From the NCBI GenBank assembly GCA_044238605.1, contig JBIICY010000004.1, positions 96,317 to 160,316 on the forward strand: 64,000 nt of DNA, given 5' to 3'. Position numbers and translations under genes: made by a program. Shown piece after piece: positions 19,630 to 29,425 of this stretch (position 1 is its first letter; every line of letters starts with the position of its first letter). The notes beneath the pieces are model-generated. The model was not told the DNA's origin. It ran no database searches and saw only the letters and a program-made list of their open reading frames with translations. The DNA comes from Patescibacteria group bacterium (GTDB taxonomy: Bacteria > Bacteroidota > Ignavibacteria > Kapaibacteriales > Kapaibacteriaceae).

Positions 19630-20871
19630 ATGAATGTTGGATTGATCACCATTGGCGACGAAGTACTGATCGGTCAGATCGTCAATAGAAACGCCGCCTG
19701 GATTGCAGACCGCGTCACGGCTGTGGGCGGACGCGTGGTGGAGCATTGCACCGTGGCCGACGATGCTGGGCAACTGGTTGCAACGATCGACAGAATGCGC
19801 ACTGCCTGTAATGTACTTCTTTTAACCGGTGGCCTTGGCCCAACGCACGACGACATTACAAAGCCCGTGCTTGCCGAGTATTTCCACGATACCATGGAGA
19901 TATCGGAAGAATGGATGAAGCATCTTCACGAATGGATGGCACAGCGCGGCAGAACCGTTACCGAGCGCAACGCAGGGCAGGCATTAACGCCAACATCGGC
20001 TAAGCTTCTTTCGAATCCGATAGGCACTGCCCCCGGCTTGATGTTTGATAGAGACGGAATCGTGATCGTAGCAATGCCGGGTGTTCCAAAAGAAATGCAG
20101 AGCATCATGCTTGATCATGTGCTACCATATCTTCAGGAGCGTATAGCGGAAGAAGCACAGGACACCACCGAGTATCTTACTCTTCTGTCAACCGGCATTG
20201 CAGAGAGCAATCTTGCCGATCTCATCGGCAATCCATTGGATTTTCTCGGTACATCCACATTAGCATTTCTCCCCAACTACCTAGGCGTACGCATGCGTAT
20301 TGGTGCGCGTGGGGCAGATTCAGATGTGCGCCGGGAAGAACTTTTTCGCGTTCGCGACGTGCTTCTGCAAAGGGCCGGCAAGTACGTCTATGGAGAAGGC
20401 GATGTTACAATTGCAGAAGTAGTGGGGCGTATCCTCAAAGAGCGGGGTGAAACAATAGCAGTTGCAGAGTCGTGCACTGGTGGACTTCTCGCATCGATGC
20501 TAACTGACGTTCACGGCTGCAGTGCTTGGTTCGTTGGCGGGTTTCTACCCTATGCCAATGAAGCCAAAGTGCGCGACCTCGGTGTTCGTGAACATTCGCT
20601 TCTGGAACATGGTGCAGTGAGCAAGGTTGTTGCCGAAGAACTTAGTCAGGGGGCTCGCAGGATAACTGGTGCCTCGTATGCAATAAGCATCACAGGAATC
20701 GCTGGTCCAGGCGGCGGAACAGAAGAAAAGCCGGTTGGTACTGTGTGGATCTCTGTTGCCGGACCCGATGGTACGATTACACTGAAACATCAATTCGGCA
20801 CTGATCGCCGCATCAATCGTGAGCGAAGTGCTGGTGCCGCACTTGGAATGTTGTGGAGAATGCTCACGTGA
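19630..20871 (+). CDS. cinA: CinA-family competence/damage-inducible protein (MoCF-biosynthesis-like N-domain plus NMN deamidase PncC-like C-domain)
   Basis: N-terminus MNVGLITIGDEVLIGQIVNRNAAWI, GGLGPTHDDIT, and C-terminal ESCTGG motif. The start at ATG 19630 is preferred over the track start 19582. Confidence 0.85.
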   Translation: MNVGLITIGDEVLIGQIVNRNAAWIADRVTAVGGRVVEHCTVADDAGQLVATIDRMRTACNVLLLTGGLGPTHDDITKPVLAEYFHDTMEISEEWMKHLHEWMAQRGRTVTERNAGQALTPTSAKLLSNPIGTAPGLMFDRDGIVIVAMPGVPKEMQSIMLDHVLPYLQERIAEEAQDTTEYLTLLSTGIAESNLADLIGNPLDFLGTSTLAFLPNYLGVRMRIGARGADSDVRREELFRVRDVLLQRAGKYVYGEGDVTIAEVVGRILKERGETIAVAESCTGGLLASMLTDVHGCSAWFVGGFLPYANEAKVRDLGVREHSLLEHGAVSKVVAEELSQGARRITGASYAISITGIAGPGGGTEEKPVGTVWISVAGPDGTITLKHQFGTDRRINRERSAGAALGMLWRMLT

Positions 20872-21875
20872 CGATCCTCGGAATAGAAACATCCTGTGAT
20901 GATACATCGGCAGCTGTTGTTGTTGATGGCAACGTTCGTAGCAATATCGTGTCGTCGCAGGCCATCCATAACACCTATGGCGGCATCGTGCCCGAGCTTG
21001 CATCGCGTGAGCACATCAAGGGAATTGGTCCCATCGTCCAGGCTGCGCTTTCGGAGGGCGGTGTTTCTATCGAACAGGTAGATGCAATTGCTGTTACCTA
21101 CGGACCAGGCTTGGCTGGTTCGCTGCTCGTTGGGTCGCACTTTGCAAAGGGGCTCGCCTTGATGCATAACAAGCCCCTTTATCCTGTGCATCATATCGAG
21201 GCACATCTCTACTCAGGATATCTCGAAGAACCAGATCTTGAATTCCCAAGTATCAGCCTTGTTGTCAGCGGTGGTCATACGAGCATTTTCTATGTGATCG
21301 ATCCAACGCACTATGAAGTTCTGGGCTCTACGTGCGACGATGCAGCAGGTGAGGCCTTTGACAAGGTATCGAAAATGCTTGGGCTCGGATATCCCGGCGG
21401 ACCCGAGATTGACGCGCGAGCAGCGCACGGAAATCCATCAGCATTCGATGTTCCGAGGGGGCTGATCAACGACGGTACGTATACATTTTCGTTCAGTGGC
21501 CTTAAGACGTCTGTTCGGCGCACGATAGAAATGCTACGAGCTGCTGACGAACAGGACCTTCCCATCAACGATCTGTGTGCATCTGTTCAGGAAGCTATTG
21601 TTGATGTGCTGGTGCACAAGACAATTCGCGCTGCCGAAGAAAAAGGCGTGCGTGCAGTTTCCATCTCTGGCGGAGTAAGTGCCAATTCTCGGCTTCGTGC
21701 GCGAATGCGTCAGGCAGCCGAGTCTCGCAACATGCGTCTTGTTACCCCGCGCCTGGGATACTGCGTTGATAATGCGGCCATGATCGCTCATGTAGCGCAC
21801 ATGCGCATCAGATTCGGCGTGCTTCCTTCTGATCCAAGTTTTACGATTTCGCCCAAAGCACTCCGTACAGTGTAA
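20868..21875 (+). CDS. tsaD: tRNA N6-adenosine threonylcarbamoyltransferase TsaD
   Basis: Contains (V/M)TILGIETSCDDTSAAVV, HIEAHLYS and VSGGVSAN. GTG 20868 forms a GTGA overlap with the cinA stop. The track start 20853 is also possible. Confidence 0.9.
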   Translation: MTILGIETSCDDTSAAVVVDGNVRSNIVSSQAIHNTYGGIVPELASREHIKGIGPIVQAALSEGGVSIEQVDAIAVTYGPGLAGSLLVGSHFAKGLALMHNKPLYPVHHIEAHLYSGYLEEPDLEFPSISLVVSGGHTSIFYVIDPTHYEVLGSTCDDAAGEAFDKVSKMLGLGYPGGPEIDARAAHGNPSAFDVPRGLINDGTYTFSFSGLKTSVRRTIEMLRAADEQDLPINDLCASVQEAIVDVLVHKTIRAAEEKGVRAVSISGGVSANSRLRARMRQAAESRNMRLVTPRLGYCVDNAAMIAHVAHMRIRFGVLPSDPSFTISPKALRTV

Positions 21876-21882
21876 ACAGCAA

Positions 21883-21911
21883 CGCCCGGCAGACGATGTA
21901 CCTGCCAGGCG
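21883..21911. terminator. Possible bidirectional hairpin between convergent tsaD and the OmpA-family gene
   Basis: CGCCCGGCAG-(9 nt)-CTGCCAGGCG stem with one mismatch. There is no clean T-run on the + strand and a T-rich tail on the - strand. Confidence 0.3.
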
Positions 21912-21939
21912 CCGTGGGTGCATATTGAAACCAGACAGA

Positions 21940-23931
21940 CTACGGTACGATGTCGATCACAACAGATCGGTTGTACATGCGGCCTTCTGGAAGATTATTC
22001 GAGAATGACGGCTCGTCTGGACCAAAAGAACTGGCTGAAAAGCGCACACCGCGTACGCCCCTTGCCGCAAGCTGGTCCTTCATGATCGACATCACCTGGT
22101 CTGCGCGCTTCATTGCTAGCTCCATGTTGCCTTTGCCTACAGCATCTGTATGACCATAGACGTAGACCTTAGAGTTGCTGCGCACCTGCGGGATAACGTT
22201 GCTTACGAGGAAACTTCGTGACCGTTCAACTGGGTCATCTTCGTTGAATTCAAAGATCAACCGGTGACTGGTAGAAAGCCCTTCTCGGTCCGTGCGCACA
22301 AGTGTAATCGGCTCTGTTTCAGTGCGCAGTGAACCATCACGCAGCTTTGCATTGACGGTGAGATCATACTTCTGCGCCCGTACTTCTGTGCCGATCAAAC
22401 CCGTCGGATCCAGATATGCGCTGCTGCTGCGGAACGGACCAAAAGACCTGCTAGCCCCGTTCCCGGAAATCGTTGCACTCCACTCAGATACGTTCTGCAT
22501 TGACGCGATATCAACATAGACCTCATGATCAACTTCGGCTGTGCGAATAGACGAGACCGGAACACGGGCACCAAGCTGATCGGGCTTCATGTTTCTGAAT
22601 TGTACGCGACGGTTCTCGTCTGAAATAGCCGCTTGATCAGAGGAGGTAGTTCTCGCCGAACCAGAACGCGGTTCAGGTTCGCCGGTACTGATCGTTATTT
22701 GATTCGGTGAGACAGCCCATGTGTCGACGAGATATTTCTTCACGCTTTCAGCGTAGGCGCGTGCATCCCGTTCGTTCGGATCAGATGCATATAACTCGAC
22801 GCTCGAACCGGGGATAGACGATAGTCTGTAGCCCATAACGTTTAGGATGTTGTAGTAGATATCCCGTTGAATAACAGGACGAACATCCACATTCGCTATG
22901 TCGTCTGCTGTTAGGCCCGACGATGTTGCAAACAAGCGAGTCTGTGCACGGGATATCTTGTTGTACCGACTTGGAATCTCTGCTGAGCCCTTGTCGAAAA
23001 ACACAAATGGACGCAGAGGAAACTCTGCACGTTCAATGCGCTTTGAATAAACGCCATCGGTTGGATCAACCACCTGGAATAGCCTTCCTGCGGGGGCTTC
23101 GGCCGTGCGTGCCGGTTCCATTCTCTCTGGCAGAGCTGATGTTTCGAATATCTCTCCAAGTCCAAACGCGAGCGAAACACCTGCGCGCACAGAGATAGTG
23201 CTCATTGCATCATCAAATGCATTCTGGTTCGTAAAGTCAACGCCGCGCTGGCTTACCATGTACGATGTTTCAACAAAGGGAGTCAGAATCCACTGGTTAC
23301 GTGTTGCAGGATCGGACAAAAAGAAATCATAACCAACCCCGGCAAATCCTGAACCAGTGAACTTGTGCTTGATTGAATCCGTTTGTGCAACGTCAAGATC
23401 AGTTTGCTTTGTGCCTGCTTCAGGGGCATAGTCAAAGGTGTTGGTCAGTGCAAGGCCAACCCCAACACCAGCTGTAAGATGGAGCTTTGAACCGAGGTAG
23501 AGTTTGAAATACGGTTCGAGTGCAACGTAGTCCGTGTGAAACGTGTACTCATCGTTGTAGTACTGTCCGGGGGTGGTTGTTTGAATCGATCCCGGCTTGG
23601 GAAAGGACTTGTCGTCATTAGCCGTCAGACTGCGATTATCATACGAAATCCGCGTCCCGAAGTGAAGGTTATCTGTGAGTGATGTCTGCACATTGAACCC
23701 TCCGTAAAGGCCCCCTCCGTAACCATCGTTATAGACAAGTTCGGAAAACTGCGGACCGTTGCGATTAGGGTCCTTTGCCCAGTTGCCGAACCCAATGCCG
23801 GCAATGTTATAATTACCTCCGAGATGCAGACCCCATCGTGTAGACACCGACGGTGTAATCTGTGCAATCGCACCCGTGCTGATGAGTGACAGGAGAGCAA
23901 GGCGGAGAATGAAGCGTGTAGCAGCGTTCAT
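21940..23931 (-). CDS. OmpA-family outer membrane protein (N-terminal beta-barrel-like region, long middle region, C-terminal OmpA peptidoglycan-binding domain)
   Basis: Signal peptide MNAATRFILRLALLSLISTGAIAQ starts at ATG 23931. The C-terminus VYVYGHTDAVGKGNMELAMKRADQV...NRSVVIDIV is OmpA_C-like. The track start 24096 is an over-extension. Confidence 0.75.
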   Translation of the reverse strand: MNAATRFILRLALLSLISTGAIAQITPSVSTRWGLHLGGNYNIAGIGFGNWAKDPNRNGPQFSELVYNDGYGGGLYGGFNVQTSLTDNLHFGTRISYDNRSLTANDDKSFPKPGSIQTTTPGQYYNDEYTFHTDYVALEPYFKLYLGSKLHLTAGVGVGLALTNTFDYAPEAGTKQTDLDVAQTDSIKHKFTGSGFAGVGYDFFLSDPATRNQWILTPFVETSYMVSQRGVDFTNQNAFDDAMSTISVRAGVSLAFGLGEIFETSALPERMEPARTAEAPAGRLFQVVDPTDGVYSKRIERAEFPLRPFVFFDKGSAEIPSRYNKISRAQTRLFATSSGLTADDIANVDVRPVIQRDIYYNILNVMGYRLSSIPGSSVELYASDPNERDARAYAESVKKYLVDTWAVSPNQITISTGEPEPRSGSARTTSSDQAAISDENRRVQFRNMKPDQLGARVPVSSIRTAEVDHEVYVDIASMQNVSEWSATISGNGASRSFGPFRSSSAYLDPTGLIGTEVRAQKYDLTVNAKLRDGSLRTETEPITLVRTDREGLSTSHRLIFEFNEDDPVERSRSFLVSNVIPQVRSNSKVYVYGHTDAVGKGNMELAMKRADQVMSIMKDQLAARGVRGVRFSASSFGPDEPSFSNNLPEGRMYNRSVVIDIVP

Positions 23932-24089
23932 GGTGATGACTCCAGCTATGTGAAACAATGTGTTGCATGCTCTGATTGAACACCACAACAATTGCAATGC
24001 TAGAGATCTGTTTGCTTGACTCATAGATTCGGCTGATGAACACCGTAGCTCGTATACATGCCTGTATAACCATGTCTGAAAACGAGTAA

Positions 24090-24119
24090 GCCCCATATCT
24101 CACAACGGAGATACGGGGC
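24090..24119 (-). terminator. Terminator-like hairpin downstream of glyA
   Basis: On the - strand: GCCCCGTATCTC-cgttgt-GAGATATGGGGC followed by a T-rich tail (TTACTCGTTTTC). Confidence 0.5.
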
Positions 24120-24154
24120 TTATCAATGCGTCGAACAAATGATGTCGTAGGGGG

Positions 24155-25459
24155 TTAAGCCGAAGTAAGTGATGGGTAAAGAGGGAACTGACGGCAGAAG
24201 GTCTGAACATCAAGCTTCACATTCTTGTATGTGTCTTCATTGCCAATATCGCCGATGACGCGATCGATAAACCGTGCTATCTGTCGCATGTCGTCTTCCT
24301 TCATACCACGGCTCGTCATAGCGGCTGCACCGAGCCTAATACCACTTGTTACAAGAGGTGGTTGTGTGTCGTACGGTACAGCATTCTTGTTGCACGTGAT
24401 GCCACTGGCATCGAGAGCATTTTCTGCCTGCTTGCCCGTAACGTTCTTATTGCGCAGATCGATGAGCATGAGGTGATTTTCTGTGCCGCCTGAGACAATG
24501 TTGTAGTCAAGCTTCATCAGCTCGTCTGCCATCGCAGAAGCGTTGCGCACAACCTGCTTTGTGTACTCGTCGAATTCATCAGTAAGGCATTCACCAAAGG
24601 CAACAGCCTTTGCCGCAATCACGTGCATAAGTGGTCCACCTTGAATACCAGGCATTACCATCGAATCGAGGAGCTCACCCATCAGCTTTGTGCGTCCGCT
24701 CTTCGGTGCAACCTTACCAAACGGATTTTCGTAGTTCTTGCCCATCACGATCAGGCCGCCGCGCGGACCGCGCAGAGTCTTGTGCGTGGTGGACGTAACA
24801 ATGTCACAGTAGGGAACGGGGCTCATCAGGCGCCCCTTTGCAATAAGCCCAGCCGGGTGTGCGATGTCGGCAAGGAGAAACGCCCCAACCTTGTCGGCGA
24901 TCTCACGGAACTTCGAGAAGTCGATCTCGCGCGAATATGCACTTGCCCCAACAGTGATCATCTTCGGCTTGTGCTGCTTGGCTAGATCCTCAACAACGTT
25001 ATAATCGATACGTCCTGTTTCCTTGTCAAGTCCGTATCCGATGAAGTTGTAAAACATGCCGGAAAAGTTTACCGGAGAACCGTGCGTAAGGTGTCCACCG
25101 TGCGAGAGATCCATGCCAAGCACCGTATCACCAGGCTTGAGATAGGTGAAATACACGGCCATATTAGCGCCGGACCCCGAGTGCGGCTGCACATTCGCAT
25201 ACTCGGCACCAAACAGCTGCTTCAACCGCTCAATTGCTATGTTCTCGGCAACATCTACCCATTCGCAGCCGCCGTAATAGCGCTTGCCTGGATACCCTTC
25301 GGCATACTTGTTGGTAAGGATGCTACCCTGAGCTTCCATGACGCTGAGCGAGGTAAAGTTCTCACTAGCGATCAGCTCAACTTTATCGCGCTGCCGGTCG
25401 TATTCGCCTTGCACGGCGTGAAACACTTCGGGATCTGTTGATTGCAGGTGCTTATACAT
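24155..25459 (-). CDS. glyA: Serine hydroxymethyltransferase
   Basis: Contains [20 protein letters not shown] and [12 protein letters not shown] (PLP-lysine block). ATG 25459 gives a canonical N-terminus, and the track start 25561 is an over-extension. Confidence 0.95.
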   Translation of the reverse strand: MYKHLQSTDPEVFHAVQGEYDRQRDKVELIASENFTSLSVMEAQGSILTNKYAEGYPGKRYYGGCEWVDVAENIAIERLKQLFGAEYANVQPHSGSGANMAVYFTYLKPGDTVLGMDLSHGGHLTHGSPVNFSGMFYNFIGYGLDKETGRIDYNVVEDLAKQHKPKMITVGASAYSREIDFSKFREIADKVGAFLLADIAHPAGLIAKGRLMSPVPYCDIVTSTTHKTLRGPRGGLIVMGKNYENPFGKVAPKSGRTKLMGELLDSMVMPGIQGGPLMHVIAAKAVAFGECLTDEFDEYTKQVVRNASAMADELMKLDYNIVSGGTENHLMLIDLRNKNVTGKQAENALDASGITCNKNAVPYDTQPPLVTSGIRLGAAAMTSRGMKEDDMRQIARFIDRVIGDIGNEDTYKNVKLDVQTFCRQFPLYPSLTSA

Positions 25460-25508
25460 GTGGTTGTGTTGTTGAGTTTCTCGGTTGGTGTTAGCGATTG
25501 GAGTTGTT

Positions 25509-26471
25509 TTAACGGATAACAGACATTGGAATGGCGATACTTGCCCCCTGACGTTGCACATGAAGCGTGTACATACCGGCAGGGAATGATGAAACGTTCA
25601 GTGGAAGAGCAATACCGTCCAACCGAATGTTCTCTCCAAGTGGATACACGCGACCTGTCATGTCGATTGCTGTGATTGTCGCAAACGTTCCCATCCATGA
25701 GTTTGGCACTGTGAGAGCGGCCATGTCATATGCAGGATTTGGAGCAACTGCAAATCCTTGTGCAAGGGCTTCGTCGGCGATGCTTGTTACATCTGAAGAA
25801 TCGAAGCAGAAGGTCTCTCCAGTGGTGACATTGTGGATACATGTCAGCCCTGGGTCTGGTCCGTTACCTGTGGTGTCTACCACAACGCTGTCTACGAATG
25901 CACTCCATGTAAGCAGCCAGAACACATTACCGTCGGCAATACCAATATTGCCGCCGTTGCTTGCCTCAGACACGGATAGAATTGCCAGTGAGGCATTGCT
26001 GTCTGGATAGGCTGTACGGAAGCGTGCAAACTTTGCATCCTTACCCAGTGCAGTGATCAGTGCAGCCCCTTGCGTAAAATCTGCTGGGATAGCACTCATT
26101 GGCGCATCAGCTGGATCGAACGCATCGGCTGGAATCTCGATTGGAGGGGGCGTGCAGCTTGTGAGAAAGCGAATCAGTGGTACAAACGCAACAGTATCCT
26201 TTTCGGCACTCCGCACGATGTAGATCCACATGCTTGCCTTGCCATCTTTGGCGCTCATACCGATGTTGATCGGTGTTGTGCCCAGGGGCACATCAACGCC
26301 TACTGCGAGGATACCAACGACCTTACCGTCAGTTGCTCCAGTAATGGACCTTTGTGCTGCGGAATAGCAGTCCTTAGGCGCATACGTTGGAAAACTGAAC
26401 TGAGCCGATGCGCTCGCAGCTCCTAAAATGACTGTGGCAAGAAGCCCGACGATAAAGGAAATACGTTTCAC
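25509..26471 (-). CDS. Secreted protein of unknown function with a T9SS C-terminal sorting domain (T9SS cargo)
   Basis: Signal peptide (V)[23 protein letters not shown]. The C-terminus [13 protein letters not shown]...[11 protein letters not shown]...[11 protein letters not shown]... has a CTD pattern. GTG 26471 is preferred because a -7 box sits at 26508-26515, inside the longer track ORF. Confidence 0.65.
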   Translation of the reverse strand: MKRISFIVGLLATVILGAASASAQFSFPTYAPKDCYSAAQRSITGATDGKVVGILAVGVDVPLGTTPINIGMSAKDGKASMWIYIVRSAEKDTVAFVPLIRFLTSCTPPPIEIPADAFDPADAPMSAIPADFTQGAALITALGKDAKFARFRTAYPDSNASLAILSVSEASNGGNIGIADGNVFWLLTWSAFVDSVVVDTTGNGPDPGLTCIHNVTTGETFCFDSSDVTSIADEALAQGFAVAPNPAYDMAALTVPNSWMGTFATITAIDMTGRVYPLGENIRLDGIALPLNVSSFPAGMYTLHVQRQGASIAIPMSVIR

Positions 26472-26507
26472 GTGGGTAACCCGTTTGTGTGGAGTAAAAA
26501 AGTCCTG

Positions 26508-26515
26508 CAAATCTA
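26508..26515 (-). promoter_or_regulatory. -7 box (TAGATTTG on the - strand) upstream of the T9SS cargo gene
   Basis: CAAATCTA on the + strand, 36 nt upstream of GTG 26471. Confidence 0.35.
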
Positions 26516-26525
26516 CCACACAACG

Positions 26526-26533
26526 TAGTTTTG
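26526..26533 (+). promoter_or_regulatory. -7 box TAGTTTTG upstream of the fused E1 gene
   Basis: Exact TAnnTTTG match 35 nt upstream of ATG 26569. It is back-to-back with the divergent box at 26508-26515. Confidence 0.4.
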
Positions 26534-26568
26534 CAGCGAATACTAACTGTCAACCACCCACACGCCAT

Positions 26569-28617
26569 ATGACCAAACACGAATGGTTTGAGGTAGCGCG
26601 TACTGTACTCGCTTCACGACTGATCGATCAGATCGAAGAGACCGAACTAGCCCCTTCCGGGAAGGTAACATATCAGTTCTCGGCACGAGGACACGAGCTG
26701 GCACAAGTGCTGCTGGGACAGTTCCTGCGTCAAGGCAATGATGCCGCCACCGTCTACTACCGGTCACGTCCGCTCGTGCTTTCCGCAGGGATGACGTTCG
26801 AAGAGGCATTCGCTGGGCCATTGGCACTATCTGGCAGTCGTAACGGCGGCCGTGACATTGGCGTAGTGCACCATCTGCCAAACCGCAAGGGCGTAACGGT
26901 TCTTCCTGCTTCAGGCGATGTTGGAGCTCAGTACACACCCTGCGTGGGATGGGCGCAGGCGATACGATACCACACCACGGTGCTCAATGATGAGTCGTGG
27001 AAAGGAGCTGTAGCGGTTGCACTCGGTGGTGACGGTTCAACGGCCACGAACGGGTTCTGGGCTGCCTTGAACATTGCAACAACCTTGAAGCTCCCGATGA
27101 TCTTCTTTATCGAAGACAATCAGTTTGGTATCAGCGTACCAGGAACATTCCAGACGCCGGGTGGGAACATCGCCGCAAACCTTGCAGCGTTCAATGCGCT
27201 GCGCATTGTTGAGGTTGATGGAACGAATCCTGAAGAAGCCGAGAGACTAATCTCAAAGACTCTAGAGCATGTGCGCGAGAAGCAGTCACCAGCGCTACTG
27301 CGCGTGCGCGTGCCCCGTCTATGCGGACATAGCGGTGCTGATAATCAGTCGTATAAAACACAAGAGCAAAAAGACGAAGAGCTCTCACGCGATCCTGTTG
27401 AAAAGCTCAAAGCAATGTTCATTCGGAAGAAGTATACAACCGAAGAAGAGTGGACGGACTTCGTTGCTGCGGTTGAGGCAGACGTCCGCGCAGCAAGCGT
27501 GAGCGCCCTTGAGCAAGACCAGCCAGTTCCAGAAGATGCGCTGAGTTTGCTTTTTGACAATGGCACACGAGCAAAGCATGGTGGTCTGGCTGCAGCCGGT
27601 ATCGAGCCCCCTGCATCAACTGGGGAAAAACATGAAGACGGACCACGGATCAATCTGATCGAAGCTGTAAAACGCACGCTCGATTACGAACTCAAGAACA
27701 ACGACAGACTTCTCGTCTTTGGTGAAGATGTTGGTGTAAAAGGGGGCGTGCACGGCGCAACGGTAGACCTGCAGGCCAAGCACGGCGTTGAACGTGTCTT
27801 CGACACATCGCTAAGTGAAGAGGGTATCATTGGCCGTGCAGTAGGTATGGCCATGGCCGGACTTGTTCCTGTGCCGGAGATTCAGTTCCGCAAGTATCTC
27901 GATCCAGCAACAGAACAGATCAACGACTGCGGCACGTTACGCTGGAGAACCAACGGCGATTTTGCAGCACCCATGGTAGTGCGCATTCCTGTTGGATTCT
28001 CAAAGCGCACCGGCGATCCATGGCACAGCGTCAGTGGTGAGGCAATTTTCGCACATACGCTTGGCTGGAAGGTTGCGATGCCATCGAATGCGCAGGATGC
28101 AGTAGGACTGCTCCGCACAGCACTGCGTGGTAACGACCCAACATTCTTCCTTGAACATAGAGCTATCCAAGACACAGCACCCGGACGCGGCATCTATCCT
28201 GGCGACAACTACACAGTGCCGTTTGGTGTTGCCTCCATTGTGCGCACAGGAACAAGGGCCACTGTCGTGGCATGGGGCGAGATGGTTCACCGCGCTAAGT
28301 CTGCTGTGGAGCAAACAGGTGAGGACATTGAGATCATCGATCTGCGTACCATCGTGCCGTGGGATCAAGATTGCGTCCTGAATTCTGTTCGCAAAACCAA
28401 TCGCTGCATGGTTCTCCACGAAGACACCATCACCGCCGGATTCGGCGCAGAAATCGCTGCTGTGATCATGAAGGAGTGCTTTACGCACCTTGATGCTCCA
28501 GTTGTGCGCCTTGCCAGCGCCGATGTTCCTATCCCGTACAACAAGGGCATGATGGACGCTGTTATCCCAACGATCGATCGGGTTGCGCAGGAGTTAAAGG
28601 CGCTGCTGGATTATTGA
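26569..28617 (+). CDS. Fused alpha/beta E1 component of a 2-oxoacid (branched-chain/pyruvate-type) dehydrogenase, TPP-dependent
   Basis: The N-half resembles E1-alpha (TPP-binding GDGSTATNGFWAALN). The C-half resembles E1-beta/transketolase (VFGEDVGVKGGVHG, PVPEIQF). ATG 26569 is preferred over the track start 26428. Confidence 0.8.
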   Translation: MTKHEWFEVARTVLASRLIDQIEETELAPSGKVTYQFSARGHELAQVLLGQFLRQGNDAATVYYRSRPLVLSAGMTFEEAFAGPLALSGSRNGGRDIGVVHHLPNRKGVTVLPASGDVGAQYTPCVGWAQAIRYHTTVLNDESWKGAVAVALGGDGSTATNGFWAALNIATTLKLPMIFFIEDNQFGISVPGTFQTPGGNIAANLAAFNALRIVEVDGTNPEEAERLISKTLEHVREKQSPALLRVRVPRLCGHSGADNQSYKTQEQKDEELSRDPVEKLKAMFIRKKYTTEEEWTDFVAAVEADVRAASVSALEQDQPVPEDALSLLFDNGTRAKHGGLAAAGIEPPASTGEKHEDGPRINLIEAVKRTLDYELKNNDRLLVFGEDVGVKGGVHGATVDLQAKHGVERVFDTSLSEEGIIGRAVGMAMAGLVPVPEIQFRKYLDPATEQINDCGTLRWRTNGDFAAPMVVRIPVGFSKRTGDPWHSVSGEAIFAHTLGWKVAMPSNAQDAVGLLRTALRGNDPTFFLEHRAIQDTAPGRGIYPGDNYTVPFGVASIVRTGTRATVVAWGEMVHRAKSAVEQTGEDIEIIDLRTIVPWDQDCVLNSVRKTNRCMVLHEDTITAGFGAEIAAVIMKECFTHLDAPVVRLASADVPIPYNKGMMDAVIPTIDRVAQELKALLDY

Positions 28618-28620
28618 GAA

Positions 28621-28666
28621 GCCCCTTGCGGATCAAGAAAGCGAAAGGGGCTTATGGCCCCTTTTC
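28621..28666 (+). terminator. Terminator region after the E1 gene with two mutually exclusive hairpins
   Basis: GCCCCTT (28621-27), AAGGGGC (28645-51) and GCCCCTT (28657-63) followed by TTC. The middle arm can pair with either flank. Confidence 0.55.
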
Positions 28667-28696
28667 TATATCGGGCCCATTTCAATAGGCGGCCTT

Positions 28697-28775
28697 CGGA
28701 GCTTTTTTAGGGGGGCTTTGGGGGGCTCCTTTTTTTTGGGCTCTTTTTTTTGGGGCTCTTTTTGGGGCTCTTTTC
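28697..28775. repeat. Degenerate G-tract/T-tract array (GGGGCTC followed by a T run), 6 units with a 12-15 bp period
   Basis: The sequence reads GGAGCTTTTTTA GGGGGGCTTT GGGGGGCTCCTTTTTTTT GGGCTCTTTTTTTT GGGGCTCTTTTT GGGGCTCTTTTC. It is bracketed by direct repeats TTTTCTATA(T)CGGGC at 28662 and 28771. Confidence 0.7.
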
Positions 28776-28805
28776 TATACGGGCACGATATATCGTGCCC
28801 GTATA
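28776..28805. repeat. Perfect 30-bp palindrome (REP-like / IS200-end-like hairpin)
   Basis: TATACGGGCACGATA|TATCGTGCCCGTATA, a 15-bp arm with no loop mismatch, 77 bp 3' of the Y1-transposase gene. Confidence 0.85.
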
Positions 28806-28807
28806 AT

Positions 28808-28832
28808 CAGGATCGGAATCCAGATCGGAATC
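28808..28832. repeat. Short direct repeat CAG(G)ATCGGAATC x2
   Basis: CAGGATCGGAATC is immediately followed by CAGATCGGAATC. Confidence 0.6.
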
Positions 28833-28881
28833 AAGATGCCCCAAGCCCCCTAATCAGCTCAACTTAGGGCGGGGATGGAGC

Positions 28882-29418
28882 CTATTTTCGATTGATGCGG
28901 CTGCTTCGCCTTCTTCGCCGCGCCAGATGAATCTGAGTGTTGTATGTGATGTATCCCTCCACCCGATGCACATATTCAGGCTTAAAGAGCACTCGCATAT
29001 AATAACCACGGTGGAAAACTAACAGCTTCGGGTTGCTGAACCTGCGCCGTATCTCTCTTGTAATCGCCGCCTTGAGCGTTCGAACGATCGTAGGTATGCT
29101 GCCGCGAACTGGTTTGCCAAATTGCTCGGGTTCCTCGGAGTTATCTGGCAATTCAATTATCGTGATCAGCACGTGAATATGATTCGGCTGGATAGAATAC
29201 AAGACCCTGATGACGTTTGGGTGATGCTGCTGTATGGATTTTAAACATGCATCTGTTATCAACCCAAGTTGTGTCAGGACAACACTATCTGCGGCATAGT
29301 ACCCTAGCGTAGGCTTTTTATCTTTCGTGCTAATTGTGATAAAGTACGAGGCAGATCGAGTATATGAGTAGTTGTGCCAGCGGATCGATCTCCGCTTCGG
29401 CAGAAATTTGTTGTGCAT
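28882..29418 (-). CDS. IS200/IS605-family Y1 (HUH) transposase-like protein / REP-associated tyrosine transposase (RAYT)-like
   Basis: 178 aa. It has the N-terminal block RRSIRWHNYSYTRSASYFITISTKDKKP, the HUH motif (PNHIHVLIT), and a C-terminal catalytic-Tyr block (VEGYITYN). Confidence 0.75.
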   Translation of the reverse strand: MHNKFLPKRRSIRWHNYSYTRSASYFITISTKDKKPTLGYYAADSVVLTQLGLITDACLKSIQQHHPNVIRVLYSIQPNHIHVLITIIELPDNSEEPEQFGKPVRGSIPTIVRTLKAAITREIRRRFSNPKLLVFHRGYYMRVLFKPEYVHRVEGYITYNTQIHLARRRRRSSRINRK

Positions 29419-29425
29419 ACATAGT

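Noticed and set aside
26428-26568. N-terminal extensions of the track ORFs for the fused E1 (26428), the cargo protein (26519), glyA (25561), the OmpA-family gene (24096), fabD (52685), gmhB (31436), the PstS-like gene (47046), TPR (48102), yceD (49874), yigZ (60906), prmC (43101) and cinA (19582).
   Set aside because: The extensions overlap neighbouring genes or promoter boxes and add non-homologous residues ahead of canonical N-termini or signal peptides. Internal ATG/GTG starts were chosen instead, and these start calls remain inferences.
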